From a virus (taxonomy: Duplodnaviria > Caudoviricetes), in the IMG/VR virus record IMGVR_UViG_3300023172_003539, positions 1 through 64,000 of that record: 64,000 nucleotides of DNA; one strand, written 5' to 3'. The translations under genes and the position numbers were made by a program. Positions within the stretch are counted from its first letter, which is position 1; every line of letters starts with the position of its first letter. Below the pieces are notes generated by a model that was not told where the DNA came from, ran no database searches, and saw nothing but the letters and a program-made list of their open reading frames with translations. Shown here in pieces: positions 46,185 through 55,982 of this stretch.

Positions 46185-47171
46185 ATGACTCACATATTAG
46201 TAGACACTGCCAATACTTTCTTTAGAGCTCGACACGTTTTCCGTGGAGATACTTCTGAGAAAATTGGTATGGCTATACATATCACATTAAATTCTATCAA
46301 AAAAGCATGGAATGATTTTGATGGTTCTCATCTTATATTTTGTCTGGAAGGACGTAGTTGGCGTAAAGATTATTATCCTCCATACAAAAGAAATAGAAAA
46401 GAAACAGTGGATGCGATGTCTCCTACCGAACAAGAAGAAAATAAAGTGTTCTGGGAATGTTATGATGATTTTTGTGACTTCATAAAAACAAAAACAAATG
46501 CAACTGTTTTACAAAACTCACAAGTAGAAGCCGACGACTTGATTGCTAGATGGATTGATAGAAATCCTGATAAAAAATGTGTCATAATTAGTACCGACAA
46601 AGATCTAAACCAATTGGTAAATCAAAATGTTTCTCAATATAACGGTATCACTGAAGAAACTATGAAGATAGACGGTGTGTTTGATAAAAAAGGAAATCCA
46701 ATTATTGACAAGAAAACAAAACAACCCAAAAAATTAGACGAAAAAGAATGGATGCTATTTCAGAAGGCAATGAGAGGTGACCCATCGGACAATATTTTTT
46801 CAGCATATCCTGGTGTGCGTACCAAAGGAACAAAAAACAAAATTGGATTAACGGAAGCATTCGCGGACAGAGAAGCAAAAGGTTATACTTGGAATAATCT
46901 AATGTTAAGCAAATGGGTGGATGCGGACGGCAAAGAACACAGGGTGTTAGACGATTACACAAGGAATATGCAACTAGTGGACCTACACGCACAACCTGAA
47001 AACATAATACAAGAATTAGATCAAACAATAGATCAGGCCAGAGCAGATAATAAACAAATTTCACAAGTAGGAGTACGATTTATGAAATTTTGTGCCAAAT
47101 ACGACCTACAAAAAATTACAGAACAAGCACAATTATATGTAGAACCCTTCAACGCGGTGCTCAATGAATAA
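46185..47171 (+). CDS. rnh: T4 RNase H-like 5'-3' exonuclease (FEN family)
   Basis: LVDTAN, SWRKDYYPPYKRNR, EADDLIA, ISTDKD, GDPSDNI. Confidence 0.93.
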   Translation: MTHILVDTANTFFRARHVFRGDTSEKIGMAIHITLNSIKKAWNDFDGSHLIFCLEGRSWRKDYYPPYKRNRKETVDAMSPTEQEENKVFWECYDDFCDFIKTKTNATVLQNSQVEADDLIARWIDRNPDKKCVIISTDKDLNQLVNQNVSQYNGITEETMKIDGVFDKKGNPIIDKKTKQPKKLDEKEWMLFQKAMRGDPSDNIFSAYPGVRTKGTKNKIGLTEAFADREAKGYTWNNLMLSKWVDADGKEHRVLDDYTRNMQLVDLHAQPENIIQELDQTIDQARADNKQISQVGVRFMKFCAKYDLQKITEQAQLYVEPFNAVLNE

Positions 47172-47577
47172 TCTATATCTTTTTCCTGCATTGCTATTTC
47201 CGGTCATACCGTTGATGATGATCAGTTTTGGAAATAGATATACTGCTATGTCCACTCTAATCAGAAAATTACACGACGATTTTATAAAACAGAAAAAGAA
47301 ATTATCAAAAAAGTCCAAGGAACGTACATTGGCCGAAATAAAAATACTCACGACCAGATTAAAAATTAATCGTTATGTACAAACCCTGGGAGGATTGGCA
47401 CTTGCTCTCAATCTCTTGGCTATTTTTTGTTTATATAAACAAAATGATGAGATGTTCTATTGGGTTTTTGGCACAGCATTAGGATTTTTTACAGTGTCGA
47501 TACTGTTATTTGTGGCAGAATTACAGGTTTCTGTACTTGCTTTGAAAAAACATCTTGAAGATTTGGGAGATTTATAG
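47164..47577 (+). CDS. DUF2721-like membrane protein
   Basis: PALLFP.I.L....GNRY...IRKLH...E...S..AL..HL; three TM helices. Confidence 0.75.
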   Translation: MNNLYLFPALLFPVIPLMMISFGNRYTAMSTLIRKLHDDFIKQKKKLSKKSKERTLAEIKILTTRLKINRYVQTLGGLALALNLLAIFCLYKQNDEMFYWVFGTALGFFTVSILLFVAELQVSVLALKKHLEDLGDL

Positions 47578-47589
47578 TAAAATATCTTT

Positions 47590-48102
47590 ATGTCAATTAA
47601 TGCAAAAACACTGATAAAAGACAAATTTTGGATCGTGGAAAGCAACGGTCACAAATTGGGCACTTTACAAAAAGAAGACACCAATGGTTGGATATTTCTA
47701 GGTAAAAATCAAGGAAAGGAAGTATTTCATACAAAAGATAGTTTATATAAAAAATTTGGTGAAAAACTTTTTTCCAGTGACATAACAATACCTAGTGATG
47801 TTGAACCCGAGAACACTGACACAAATTGGGAAGTACACGGATTTCCTGTAAATCAAAAACCTTTCAACCCAATATTTGACGTGCAAAAAAAATTACCAAT
47901 ATATACAAAAGCAAAAAAAAGTAAAAGCCAATTTTGTGCAGGGTACTACATAATAGACTTTCCTAAAGGATGGCGTAAAGCATACTGTCCAAAATTGATT
48001 ACATTGCAAAGATATGATTATAAAGGACCTATAAAAACAAAAATTGAGATGCAACAGATTTTGAACAATGCAATCAAAGAGAACATATCAGCCAATATTT
48101 GA
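47590..48102 (+). CDS. Hypothetical phage protein
   Basis: KFWIVE...LPIYTK..KSKS..CAGYY...CPKLITL.RY.Y.GP. Confidence 0.75.
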   Translation: MSINAKTLIKDKFWIVESNGHKLGTLQKEDTNGWIFLGKNQGKEVFHTKDSLYKKFGEKLFSSDITIPSDVEPENTDTNWEVHGFPVNQKPFNPIFDVQKKLPIYTKAKKSKSQFCAGYYIIDFPKGWRKAYCPKLITLQRYDYKGPIKTKIEMQQILNNAIKENISANI

Positions 48103-48682
48103 TTTTGAATCTGCCCTAGCAGATTACACAGGTGCTCCTTATGTGGTGGCCACCGATGGATGTACACACTCCATAATGCTCGCAATGAAATTGTATGGTG
48201 TTAAAAAATGTGAGTGTACAGCATTTACATATCTTTCAGTTATACAAGCATTACAACACATCCACGTGGACTACACACTGACAGACGAACAATGGATCGG
48301 AGAATATCAATTCCATTCCACTAACATATGGGATTCTGCTAGAAAATTAGAACCGAAGATGTATAGAAAAAATCAAATACAATGTTTGAGTTTTGGAATA
48401 AACAAACCGATGAGTATAGGAAAAGTTGGTGCTATCTTGCTAGATGATGAAAAAGCATATGTAGAATTGAGTAAGATGAGAGCCGATGGCAGAGATTTGA
48501 AAACTTATCCATTGACAGGAGCAACCGAGTGGAGTGAACAACAACAATTTAAAAACGGTTATCATTTTTGTCCCACACTGGATGATTGCACACGTGGGAT
48601 AGAAATGCTCAAGTCACACAAACCAGAAAGTCAACAAATAATATATCCCGACTGCCGAAAATTAGTGATAAGTACAGAATAA
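48068..48682 (+). CDS. Short DegT/DnrJ-like PLP-dependent aminotransferase
   Basis: FESALADYTGAPY.VA...CT, TYLSV, DSA, SFG..K....GAIL. Confidence 0.75.
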   Translation: MQSKRTYQPIFDFESALADYTGAPYVVATDGCTHSIMLAMKLYGVKKCECTAFTYLSVIQALQHIHVDYTLTDEQWIGEYQFHSTNIWDSARKLEPKMYRKNQIQCLSFGINKPMSIGKVGAILLDDEKAYVELSKMRADGRDLKTYPLTGATEWSEQQQFKNGYHFCPTLDDCTRGIEMLKSHKPESQQIIYPDCRKLVISTE

Positions 48683-48683
48683 T

Positions 48684-48926
48684 ATGTCCAAAATACAAAC
48701 ACAACCCATTGAAGAATTTATCAGTAGAGTCAAGAGCTCCAAACAAAGACAAGAAAAAATGCTGTCTCTGTCCCTACAGGATGCCGAACGTTTATCTAAC
48801 AGTTTAAGCCAGGTCATGACACGACTTGTTTCTGTACAAGAAGAGATAATCGAAGCATTAAAGACAGCCAAAGAAGCACAAACCGTTTCAATTGAGATGG
48901 ACGGCGGAACTTTCGATAACAAATAA
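48684..48926 (+). CDS. Hypothetical protein
   Basis: TAAGTA upstream; ends MDGGTF. Confidence 0.7.
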   Translation: MSKIQTQPIEEFISRVKSSKQRQEKMLSLSLQDAERLSNSLSQVMTRLVSVQEEIIEALKTAKEAQTVSIEMDGGTFDNK

Positions 48927-48978
48927 GCATCTATCAACAATCTACCCTTCATAGTTTCTGGTAAATACAGTTACTATT

Positions 48979-49266
48979 ATGAGCAGACCAAAACCCACAG
49001 TGCTGTTAACCATCAGCAATAAAGAGACCTACAAGCAGGAAGAAGTCCTTGCGGCAGAGGGCATATGGGCAGTGTTTTACGATGGCAAACCAATCAATCT
49101 AAAGTCCAGCAGTTTGGTATCCAACTACCCAGGTCCCAAGTACAAAAAGGTAAGTTTTTCCAATCCGGGTCATGCAGAGAACTTGGCAAAAAAGTTGAAC
49201 GCACAGCATAAAACCGACAAGTTTGGTGTGTATCTATTAAAGACCGGCGAAATATTCAAACGATAA
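48979..49266 (+). CDS. Hypothetical phage protein
   Basis: MSRPKP...GPKYKKVSFSNPGHA. Confidence 0.75.
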   Translation: MSRPKPTVLLTISNKETYKQEEVLAAEGIWAVFYDGKPINLKSSSLVSNYPGPKYKKVSFSNPGHAENLAKKLNAQHKTDKFGVYLLKTGEIFKR

Positions 49267-49274
49267 TTAAGTGT

Positions 49275-49670
49275 ATGGACACTAAGACTGCCTACACTCG
49301 CACATTCATGGAACTATTGAAATTGCCCATGCACGATGAGAGTGTGAAAAATCATTACTACACCTGGTGGCAAAATGTGAGAGAATCCTATCAAGCACGA
49401 TCTTTGAGGCTCACCAAAGAAGGTTTAAAAATGCTGGAAAAATTAGACATCAAAACCTACACCATCAAATTCCCCGACAAGATCATATTCACACCACAGA
49501 CCTATCTTTGGTTGGATGAATTCGTAGATTGTCCATATTTTGTTGACAAGAAACAAATACACGTGACCATGGAAAAAATGGCTTTACAACTGATGATGTT
49601 CGCTGGAGATATCACCAAATATGGTCTTGCCCGTGCAATGAGCAAGATTGACGATCAAAAAAGCCAGTAA
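49275..49670 (+). CDS. Hypothetical phage protein
   Basis: SLRLTKEG...LDEFVDCPYF. Confidence 0.7.
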   Translation: MDTKTAYTRTFMELLKLPMHDESVKNHYYTWWQNVRESYQARSLRLTKEGLKMLEKLDIKTYTIKFPDKIIFTPQTYLWLDEFVDCPYFVDKKQIHVTMEKMALQLMMFAGDITKYGLARAMSKIDDQKSQ

Positions 49671-49689
49671 AACTGCGACTTCTGTGCGG

Positions 49690-49717
49690 TTGACCTATAT
49701 TATATTTCTGTTATAAT
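49690..49717 (+). promoter_or_regulatory. Sigma70-type promoter (moxR-vwa)
   Basis: TTGACC-N16-TATAAT with extended TG; leadered mRNA with AGGAG SD. Confidence 0.65.
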
Positions 49718-49751
49718 GATACTATACAACATTTAAACAGGAGTGTACTAA

Positions 49752-50861
49752 ATGGTAAGAGCAAATAAAAACAACAAAGAAGCAACAATAGGCAGTCAGA
49801 ATAGAACTGTCACACCAAACGAGGCAAAAGCGGCATTGTCGCATTGTTTGAAATTACAAAGACCCCTAATGATGTGGGGTGCACCGGGTATTGGTAAATC
49901 AGATATCGTTAAACAGATAGGCGAAGAACAAGACAGGCAAGTAATAGATATCAGATTACCATTATGGGAACCCACAGACATCAAAGGTATTCCTTATTAT
50001 AATCAAAAAGAAAATAACATGGTTTGGGCATCACCGGCAGAATTGCCCACTGATCCTAAATCTAAAGCAATCATATTTTTAGATGAGTTGAACTCGGCGG
50101 CGCCGGCTGTACAGGCGGCGGCCTATCAATTGATCTTGAACAGAAGAGTAGGACAATACAAGTTACCGGATGGCGTTGCCATAGTTGCCGCGGGTAACAG
50201 AGACGCAGACAAGGGTGTCACATACAGGATGCCGGCTCCGTTGGCCAACAGATTCGTACACGTTGAATTGAGAGTCGACTATGACGACTGGATGACATGG
50301 GCTACAAACAACACTGTTCATCCTGATGTTGTTGGTTATGTGACTTTCGCAAAACAAGATTTATATGACTTTGACCCTAAAGGAGCATCGCGATCATTTG
50401 CTACACCTAGGAGTTGGAGTTTTGTATCAGAACTTCTATCTGATGACCTGCCTGAAAGTACGCTCACTGACCTCGTTGCAGGCGCAGTAGGAGAAGGGTT
50501 GGCCGTGAAATTTATGAATCATCGTAAAATCAGCGGCCAACTACCTAATCCGTCAGATATATTATCAGGTAAAGTAAAAGACTTAAAATGCAAAGAAGTT
50601 TCAGCAATGTATTCTTTGACTGTGAGTTTGTGTTATGAATTAAGACAGGCACACGAAAAGAAAGACAAGAACTGGAACGAACTAGCAGATAGATTTTTCA
50701 ACTATATGATGGACAACTTTGAAACTGAGTTGGTTGTTATGGGTGCCAAGATTGCACTGACAAACTATCAATTGCCATTCGATCCTAGCAAGTTGAAATC
50801 ATTCGATAGGTTCCATAAGAAGTTTGGCAAATATGTCATAACTGCTATGGAGTCTAAATAA
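49752..50861 (+). CDS. MoxR-like AAA+ ATPase
   Basis: GAPGIGKS, FLDELN, AAGNR, LANRF, TPRSW. Confidence 0.9.
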   Translation: MVRANKNNKEATIGSQNRTVTPNEAKAALSHCLKLQRPLMMWGAPGIGKSDIVKQIGEEQDRQVIDIRLPLWEPTDIKGIPYYNQKENNMVWASPAELPTDPKSKAIIFLDELNSAAPAVQAAAYQLILNRRVGQYKLPDGVAIVAAGNRDADKGVTYRMPAPLANRFVHVELRVDYDDWMTWATNNTVHPDVVGYVTFAKQDLYDFDPKGASRSFATPRSWSFVSELLSDDLPESTLTDLVAGAVGEGLAVKFMNHRKISGQLPNPSDILSGKVKDLKCKEVSAMYSLTVSLCYELRQAHEKKDKNWNELADRFFNYMMDNFETELVVMGAKIALTNYQLPFDPSKLKSFDRFHKKFGKYVITAMESK

Positions 50862-52093
50862 TGTCAGACGCAAGAATCATAGACAAACTGGTAACGGCAA
50901 GAATCGCTCTGTTATTGAAACAACCATTTTTTGGTAATCTTGCCACTAGACTAAAGATAGTCAATGCCGATGACTGGTGCCCGACAGCGGCCACAGATGG
51001 TAGATACTTCTACTATAACACTAAATTTATTGATTCGTTGACTCCCAGAGAAACTGAATTTTTGTTTGGTCATGAGGTACTTCACTGTGTGTTTGATCAT
51101 TTTCAATCAAGAGCACAAAAAAGAGATCCTCAAATTTGGAATATCGCGGCGGATTATGCCGTGAACCAAATTTTAGTTGAAAGTCATATTGGTGAGATGC
51201 CCAAAGACACCAAAGGTAAAGACAAAGGATTCCAAGACGACAAGTACAAGGATTGGCCAGCAGAAAAAATCTACGACGAAATATACAAAAAAGCCAAAAA
51301 GAACGGCAAAAAAATGTTGGAAGAATTAGGACAGTTGTTGGATGAACACATAGACTGGAACAAGGATTCTACCGACGGACCTGGAAAAGAAAACAAAGAC
51401 AGCAAAGGCAAAGGCAAAGCACCAAAATATACCAAGGAAGAATTGAAAAAAATCAAAGACGAAATCAAAGAAGCAATGGTGTCGGCCGCACAGTCAACAG
51501 GTACAGGTAATCTACCAGGTGCTTTGCAAAGGTTAATAAAAAATCTTACAGAACCCAAGATGGACTGGAGAGAGATTATACAACAACAGATCGTTAGCAC
51601 TATGAAATCCGATTACACATTCATGAAGCCCAGTAGAAGAAGTTGGCATATGGATGCCGTATTGCCGGGTATGTTAAACACCGATAAGATAGATATATGT
51701 TTGGCCATTGATGCTTCTGGTTCAATATCAGAAGAACAATGTAAAGAATTTTTATCTGAAGTAAAAGGTATAATGGATCAATACAAAGATTTTACAATAC
51801 ATCTTTGGACATTTGACACAGAAGTTTTCAATCCAAAAGTGTTCACTCCGGATAATGCAGACGAGATTGAAGATTATGTGTTAGGCTCTGGAGGTGGTAC
51901 GGAGTTTGAATGTAATTGGAGATATATGAAGGATGAAGGTATAGAACCAAAAAAATTTATCATGTTCACGGACGGTTGGCCATTTGATAGTTGGGGCGAC
52001 GAAGACTACTGTGATACAGTATTTTTGATCAACAATCCATATGAGAAAAATATCGAGGCTCCTTTCGGACTAACGGTACAATACAATAATTAA
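50861..52093 (+). CDS. Metallopeptidase-like (HExxH) + VWA domain protein (DUF2201-like)
   Basis: TAATDG, HEVLH, WNIAADY, IDASGSI (MIDAS), GGGTEF, FTDG. Confidence 0.9.
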   Translation: MSDARIIDKLVTARIALLLKQPFFGNLATRLKIVNADDWCPTAATDGRYFYYNTKFIDSLTPRETEFLFGHEVLHCVFDHFQSRAQKRDPQIWNIAADYAVNQILVESHIGEMPKDTKGKDKGFQDDKYKDWPAEKIYDEIYKKAKKNGKKMLEELGQLLDEHIDWNKDSTDGPGKENKDSKGKGKAPKYTKEELKKIKDEIKEAMVSAAQSTGTGNLPGALQRLIKNLTEPKMDWREIIQQQIVSTMKSDYTFMKPSRRSWHMDAVLPGMLNTDKIDICLAIDASGSISEEQCKEFLSEVKGIMDQYKDFTIHLWTFDTEVFNPKVFTPDNADEIEDYVLGSGGGTEFECNWRYMKDEGIEPKKFIMFTDGWPFDSWGDEDYCDTVFLINNPYEKNIEAPFGLTVQYNN

Positions 52094-52100
52094 TGGAAAA

Positions 52101-52364
52101 ATGAGGATTAATCCAAAAAATTTTCATCAAAGAAAACTAGATAAAATACCACCGTATTTTGTCACATTAAAAATGGATTGGAAAAACGAAGGACAATTGG
52201 AGTTTTTATCTAGATGGATTTACCAAAATTGTTTTGGTCGATTTGCTTTCAGTGACATATCCGATTATGAAAATTCAAAAGATGAAGTGAAACATCGTAC
52301 ATTGGTTGGTTTTGAAGAACCAAGCGATCTTACCTTATTTGCCTTAAGTGGTAAAAGCTCGTAA
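52101..52364 (+). CDS. Hypothetical protein
   Basis: WI...GRF...VGFEEPSDLTLF. Confidence 0.7.
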   Translation: MRINPKNFHQRKLDKIPPYFVTLKMDWKNEGQLEFLSRWIYQNCFGRFAFSDISDYENSKDEVKHRTLVGFEEPSDLTLFALSGKSS

Positions 52365-52400
52365 AAAATTTTTCTAACACCGTTGACAGTCATAATTACA

Positions 52401-52442
52401 TAATAGTATAATATACGTATATTATAATATTAATTGCAATTA
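52401..52442. repeat. Adjacent palindromes over a sigma70 promoter
   Basis: TATAATATACGTATATTATA (52407..52426) is a perfect 20-bp palindrome extending to 32 bp with 1 mismatch; TAATTGCAATTA (52431..52442) is a perfect 12-bp palindrome; TTGACA at 52383. Confidence 0.6.
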
Positions 52443-52455
52443 TTAGGAGAATCAA

Positions 52456-52770
52456 ATGGCAAGCAAGAAAAAAGAGAAAAAAGAATCAGTAAAAAAAACA
52501 GCGACGGCTGAAACAACTACTGCTTCTGCAACTCCACAAACAGGACAACAACCTGGTAGTGATTTATCAATATCAGATCTCAAAAACATATCAACTATAA
52601 TTGATGTGGCTTCTACAAGAGGCGCATTTAGAGCCAATGAGATGGCTACTGTGGGAGTTATGTTTAACAAGTTATCGGCCTTTTTGGCTAAAGTCGCACC
52701 CGAACAAAAACCTGATGTAAATCAACAGGTAGAACAAAATGCGACTGAATCCACAGGTGCAAAAAAATAG
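52456..52770 (+). CDS. Hypothetical protein
   Basis: AGGAG SD; LSISDL...IIDVASTRGAFRANEM..VG..FNKL. Confidence 0.75.
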   Translation: MASKKKEKKESVKKTATAETTTASATPQTGQQPGSDLSISDLKNISTIIDVASTRGAFRANEMATVGVMFNKLSAFLAKVAPEQKPDVNQQVEQNATESTGAKK

Positions 52771-52779
52771 GAGAAACAA

Positions 52780-53298
52780 ATGGTACAACCAATGATGCCT
52801 TTAGATGTTAACGACACTGCAAAAACAGTAGAGGCCAATAGACGTAAGATCAAACATATTGGAAAATTAAAAGACGGTGGTGCACCAGTAGCCATTGTGT
52901 TTAGAACTGTTCCTGGTGAACCTAAAAATTGTCTAGTCGTTGGAACAAAATTTCTAGACACAAACTATCAGGATACATTCATGAAGGCCTTGGAAAGTTT
53001 TGAAGGACAAAATGCTTTCGAATTAGGACATCATTTAATGAAATCTAGATTTTCAGACGGTGTTGAAATTTTACCATTTTTACATAGAAATAATTTTCTT
53101 AAAAAATTTTCAACTGATCAAATAATAGTTACATTTGGTTCGGGAAATTCAGACGAAATTATTCTCTCTGATTTAAATGAACAAATTGCTAAACAAAAAG
53201 GTATCTCTGTAGACGAACTTTCATTATTAGATCAACCTAAAACTTCCGAAAAATCTACAGATGAAACAAAAAAGAAAACAACAAAATCCAAGAAATAA
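52780..53298 (+). CDS. Hypothetical phage protein
   Basis: AGGAG SD; KHIG...VFRTVPGEP..CLVV. Confidence 0.75.
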   Translation: MVQPMMPLDVNDTAKTVEANRRKIKHIGKLKDGGAPVAIVFRTVPGEPKNCLVVGTKFLDTNYQDTFMKALESFEGQNAFELGHHLMKSRFSDGVEILPFLHRNNFLKKFSTDQIIVTFGSGNSDEIILSDLNEQIAKQKGISVDELSLLDQPKTSEKSTDETKKKTTKSKK

Positions 53299-53620
53299 TC
53301 GTACTTGGGTTCAACTCACACAAGAATTTGTTAAGGAATGGCCCGAGGTATTAGACGGGCTATCCTTTACAAACTTGCCAATTCGTTACGTGAAATGGTG
53401 TGATATCATTTTAAGAAATAGAGTAACTATACACGTTGATGTACAGAAAGATTTAAAAATTAAATCACAGACCCATGTTGCGAATGCTCTAAGAAAATAT
53501 ATAAACGACAATTATAACAACATACAAACTGTCGATTTAAAATTTGATGTTCCGAGATTAAAACAAGATATGGAATCTAAAACATCAAAATTAATGAAAA
53601 AAACATTTAAAGAAAATTAA
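53261..53620 (+). CDS. Hypothetical phage protein
   Basis: WPEVL...LPIRY; last plus-strand gene before convergent junction. Confidence 0.7.
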   Translation: MKQKRKQQNPRNNRTWVQLTQEFVKEWPEVLDGLSFTNLPIRYVKWCDIILRNRVTIHVDVQKDLKIKSQTHVANALRKYINDNYNNIQTVDLKFDVPRLKQDMESKTSKLMKKTFKEN

Positions 53621-54922
53621 TTAGTTGTATCTTTTTTTATAAAAGACATCAACATAGTCCCATTCATAACTCTTAAAAATAACATCAAAATTATAATCAT
53701 GAGATTGTACAAATTGTAAGGCATCTTCTCTTGCGGCATTCACATATGAAGCACCCGGAACAATATCCAAGTCTGACCATTTTTTCAGTATAAAGTTATT
53801 CTCAACTGTTGGTTTTAGTTTTTTATTATAAAGCAACTTGACTATTTCGCGAAAAGCAGTTCTATAACATACTTGTGGATCGGTATAAAAAGTTGTCTCT
53901 GCACTCAATAAAGAAATATGGTCGTGCTTCTGTGATAGTGTAAAGTCCAGACCTTTGCCGTCATTTTCTAATGTAAGTTTTTTATTATAAAGTATGATTG
54001 CTTGATGTCCGTAAGTGTAATTGATCACAGGATTAAAACAATCAAAAATATAATGTCTTGGAGATTTCAATGTGTCTGGCACAAAATCAAAAGCAAAATC
54101 CTTGTTTACTTTTAGTTTGGCAAAAACGGCATAGAAATATTCTGTTTCACTTGCTCGTGCGGCAGTTTGGTAGGCTTCCTTACGACCTTTGACTCCTTCG
54201 ATTATGTGAAGTTTGTTTGGTTTTTTCTTTAGATGTTGTTTTAAAAACATCAAATTTTCTTGTGCCTGCGGTTCTCCGTTGTGTATATAACAAATATCAA
54301 AATTTAATTTTTCACTGGGATTATCCATCAACAATGTGGGAGAATATTCGTACAACTCTTCTTTCATATCAAATCTCGGTACCAATAAATTTAAACGATT
54401 CTTGTCCAACACATATAACTTTTGATCTTCCCAAAAACTTGGTATTATGCTATGCTGTTTTTTGAAATAATAATTTGCATATCTTGTTTTTTGATTTTTT
54501 ATTTGTTCTGTCAAATTATCAAATGTAAATTTAAATGACGGCCATTCGTTGTATTCAAAATTGGTATCATGATAGTTTATATCCTTATAATCTCTCAAAA
54601 ACTTTATATGATTCATTTGAGATTTAAATTCGTTAGTGGGCAACAACATTATATCTCCCTCTCTCTGTGATTGAGTATTCCATACATGAATTTGTTTTTG
54701 TTGGTGTTGATCGGGAATAAAATTAAAATCAAAATGTTGTAAATTTACAAGATCACTTGTTAACCAAAAAAAATCAGTTTTTACACCATCAACAAAACTT
54801 TTAAGGATGTCAAAGTAACTTCCTACAAACGGAGTCGAAAGAGCATAAGGAAATTTATTGAATAAAAACTCCTTGTTTTTTTGATCTTTTTGAAAATCGA
54901 CAATTACACAATCAAATGCCAT
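53621..54922 (-). CDS. Glycosyltransferase-like protein with duplicated GT-A-like domains
   Basis: KTDFFW...FDFNFIPD...IHVW and ETEYFY...FAFDFVPD...HYIF repeats; NPV..TYGH; RTAFRE. Confidence 0.55.
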   Translation of the reverse strand: MAFDCVIVDFQKDQKNKEFLFNKFPYALSTPFVGSYFDILKSFVDGVKTDFFWLTSDLVNLQHFDFNFIPDQHQQKQIHVWNTQSQREGDIMLLPTNEFKSQMNHIKFLRDYKDINYHDTNFEYNEWPSFKFTFDNLTEQIKNQKTRYANYYFKKQHSIIPSFWEDQKLYVLDKNRLNLLVPRFDMKEELYEYSPTLLMDNPSEKLNFDICYIHNGEPQAQENLMFLKQHLKKKPNKLHIIEGVKGRKEAYQTAARASETEYFYAVFAKLKVNKDFAFDFVPDTLKSPRHYIFDCFNPVINYTYGHQAIILYNKKLTLENDGKGLDFTLSQKHDHISLLSAETTFYTDPQVCYRTAFREIVKLLYNKKLKPTVENNFILKKWSDLDIVPGASYVNAAREDALQFVQSHDYNFDVIFKSYEWDYVDVFYKKRYN

Positions 54923-55982
54923 TGAATTCTTTTATCCTTTTACAAATATAATCAATTTCACTATCGGTTAGGTATGGATAGATCGGTAAACTTAATGCAC
55001 GTTTACAAATTTTTTCAGCATTTGGATAAGACGTAAGCCAACCGTGGTTCAAGGTTTTTGAATAGTGTATTTTTGTTTCTATCCCGTGCTCCTTGAGATA
55101 CTTTTGTAAATCATCTCTTTTTTCATGTAGCAACACCAGTTTATGATAACTGCTTATAGTGTTATTTTTAGATTTTATAAATGATTCAGTAGGTAGATTT
55201 TTAAAATACCTTTTGGCCACTTTTTCTCTCATACTTTGCAATGAATCAAACTTATCTAATAAAAAATTTAATTGTGCTGAATGATCTTCTGGAATCACAC
55301 TGTTGTAACCATAATCCATGTTGTTGTGTAAGCCGTGTCTTCTTAAACTGATCAAGTTTTCGTATACCTGTAAAGAATCGGTTAATATCATGCCGCCTGA
55401 TCCAAAGCAAGGCATATTCTTCATAGGATCAAAACTAAAGATCGATATGTCACCCAGTGTTCCAGATGGAATTTTTTTAAACCAGTTTCCTAAATATGCC
55501 CCTTGTGACTGTGCGGCATCCTCTATGAGAAATATTTTATTATCTTCGCAATATTCTTTTAATCGATTGTAGTCCGCTACATTGCCATATAAATTTACGT
55601 AAAGTATGGCATTTGGTTTAGTCTGTAAATTTATACTACCAATATTTCCAATGTCGTCCACATCAACAAAACGTATTTTTGCACCTAACCTTTTGATTGC
55701 TCCCGCGGTGGCCACGTAACTTAATGCCGGACACACTATGGTCGACGATCTGTTTAGTCCCAGTGCCTTCATTGAAAAGTACAGTCCGTCTGTGGCTGAT
55801 CCCACTCCGACCGCATATTTTCTTTTATATTTTTTGCAAATGTTATTTTCTAATTTTTTTAGTTCTGCACCTAACAACACATTTCCAGAGCTCCATACTT
55901 TTTTCGCTCTACGAGTCAGTCTCCACGAGTATGCATCATACAATCTGTCGACACCGTTAAATTTTATTTTGTAACCACTCAT
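54912..55982 (-). CDS. DegT/DnrJ/EryC1/StrS sugar aminotransferase
   Basis: GSATDGL, YVATA, EDAAQSQGA, SFDPMKNM..GSGG, LSLPIYP. Confidence 0.93.
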   Translation of the reverse strand: MSGYKIKFNGVDRLYDAYSWRLTRRAKKVWSSGNVLLGAELKKLENNICKKYKRKYAVGVGSATDGLYFSMKALGLNRSSTIVCPALSYVATAGAIKRLGAKIRFVDVDDIGNIGSINLQTKPNAILYVNLYGNVADYNRLKEYCEDNKIFLIEDAAQSQGAYLGNWFKKIPSGTLGDISIFSFDPMKNMPCFGSGGMILTDSLQVYENLISLRRHGLHNNMDYGYNSVIPEDHSAQLNFLLDKFDSLQSMREKVAKRYFKNLPTESFIKSKNNTISSYHKLVLLHEKRDDLQKYLKEHGIETKIHYSKTLNHGWLTSYPNAEKICKRALSLPIYPYLTDSEIDYICKRIKEFNGI

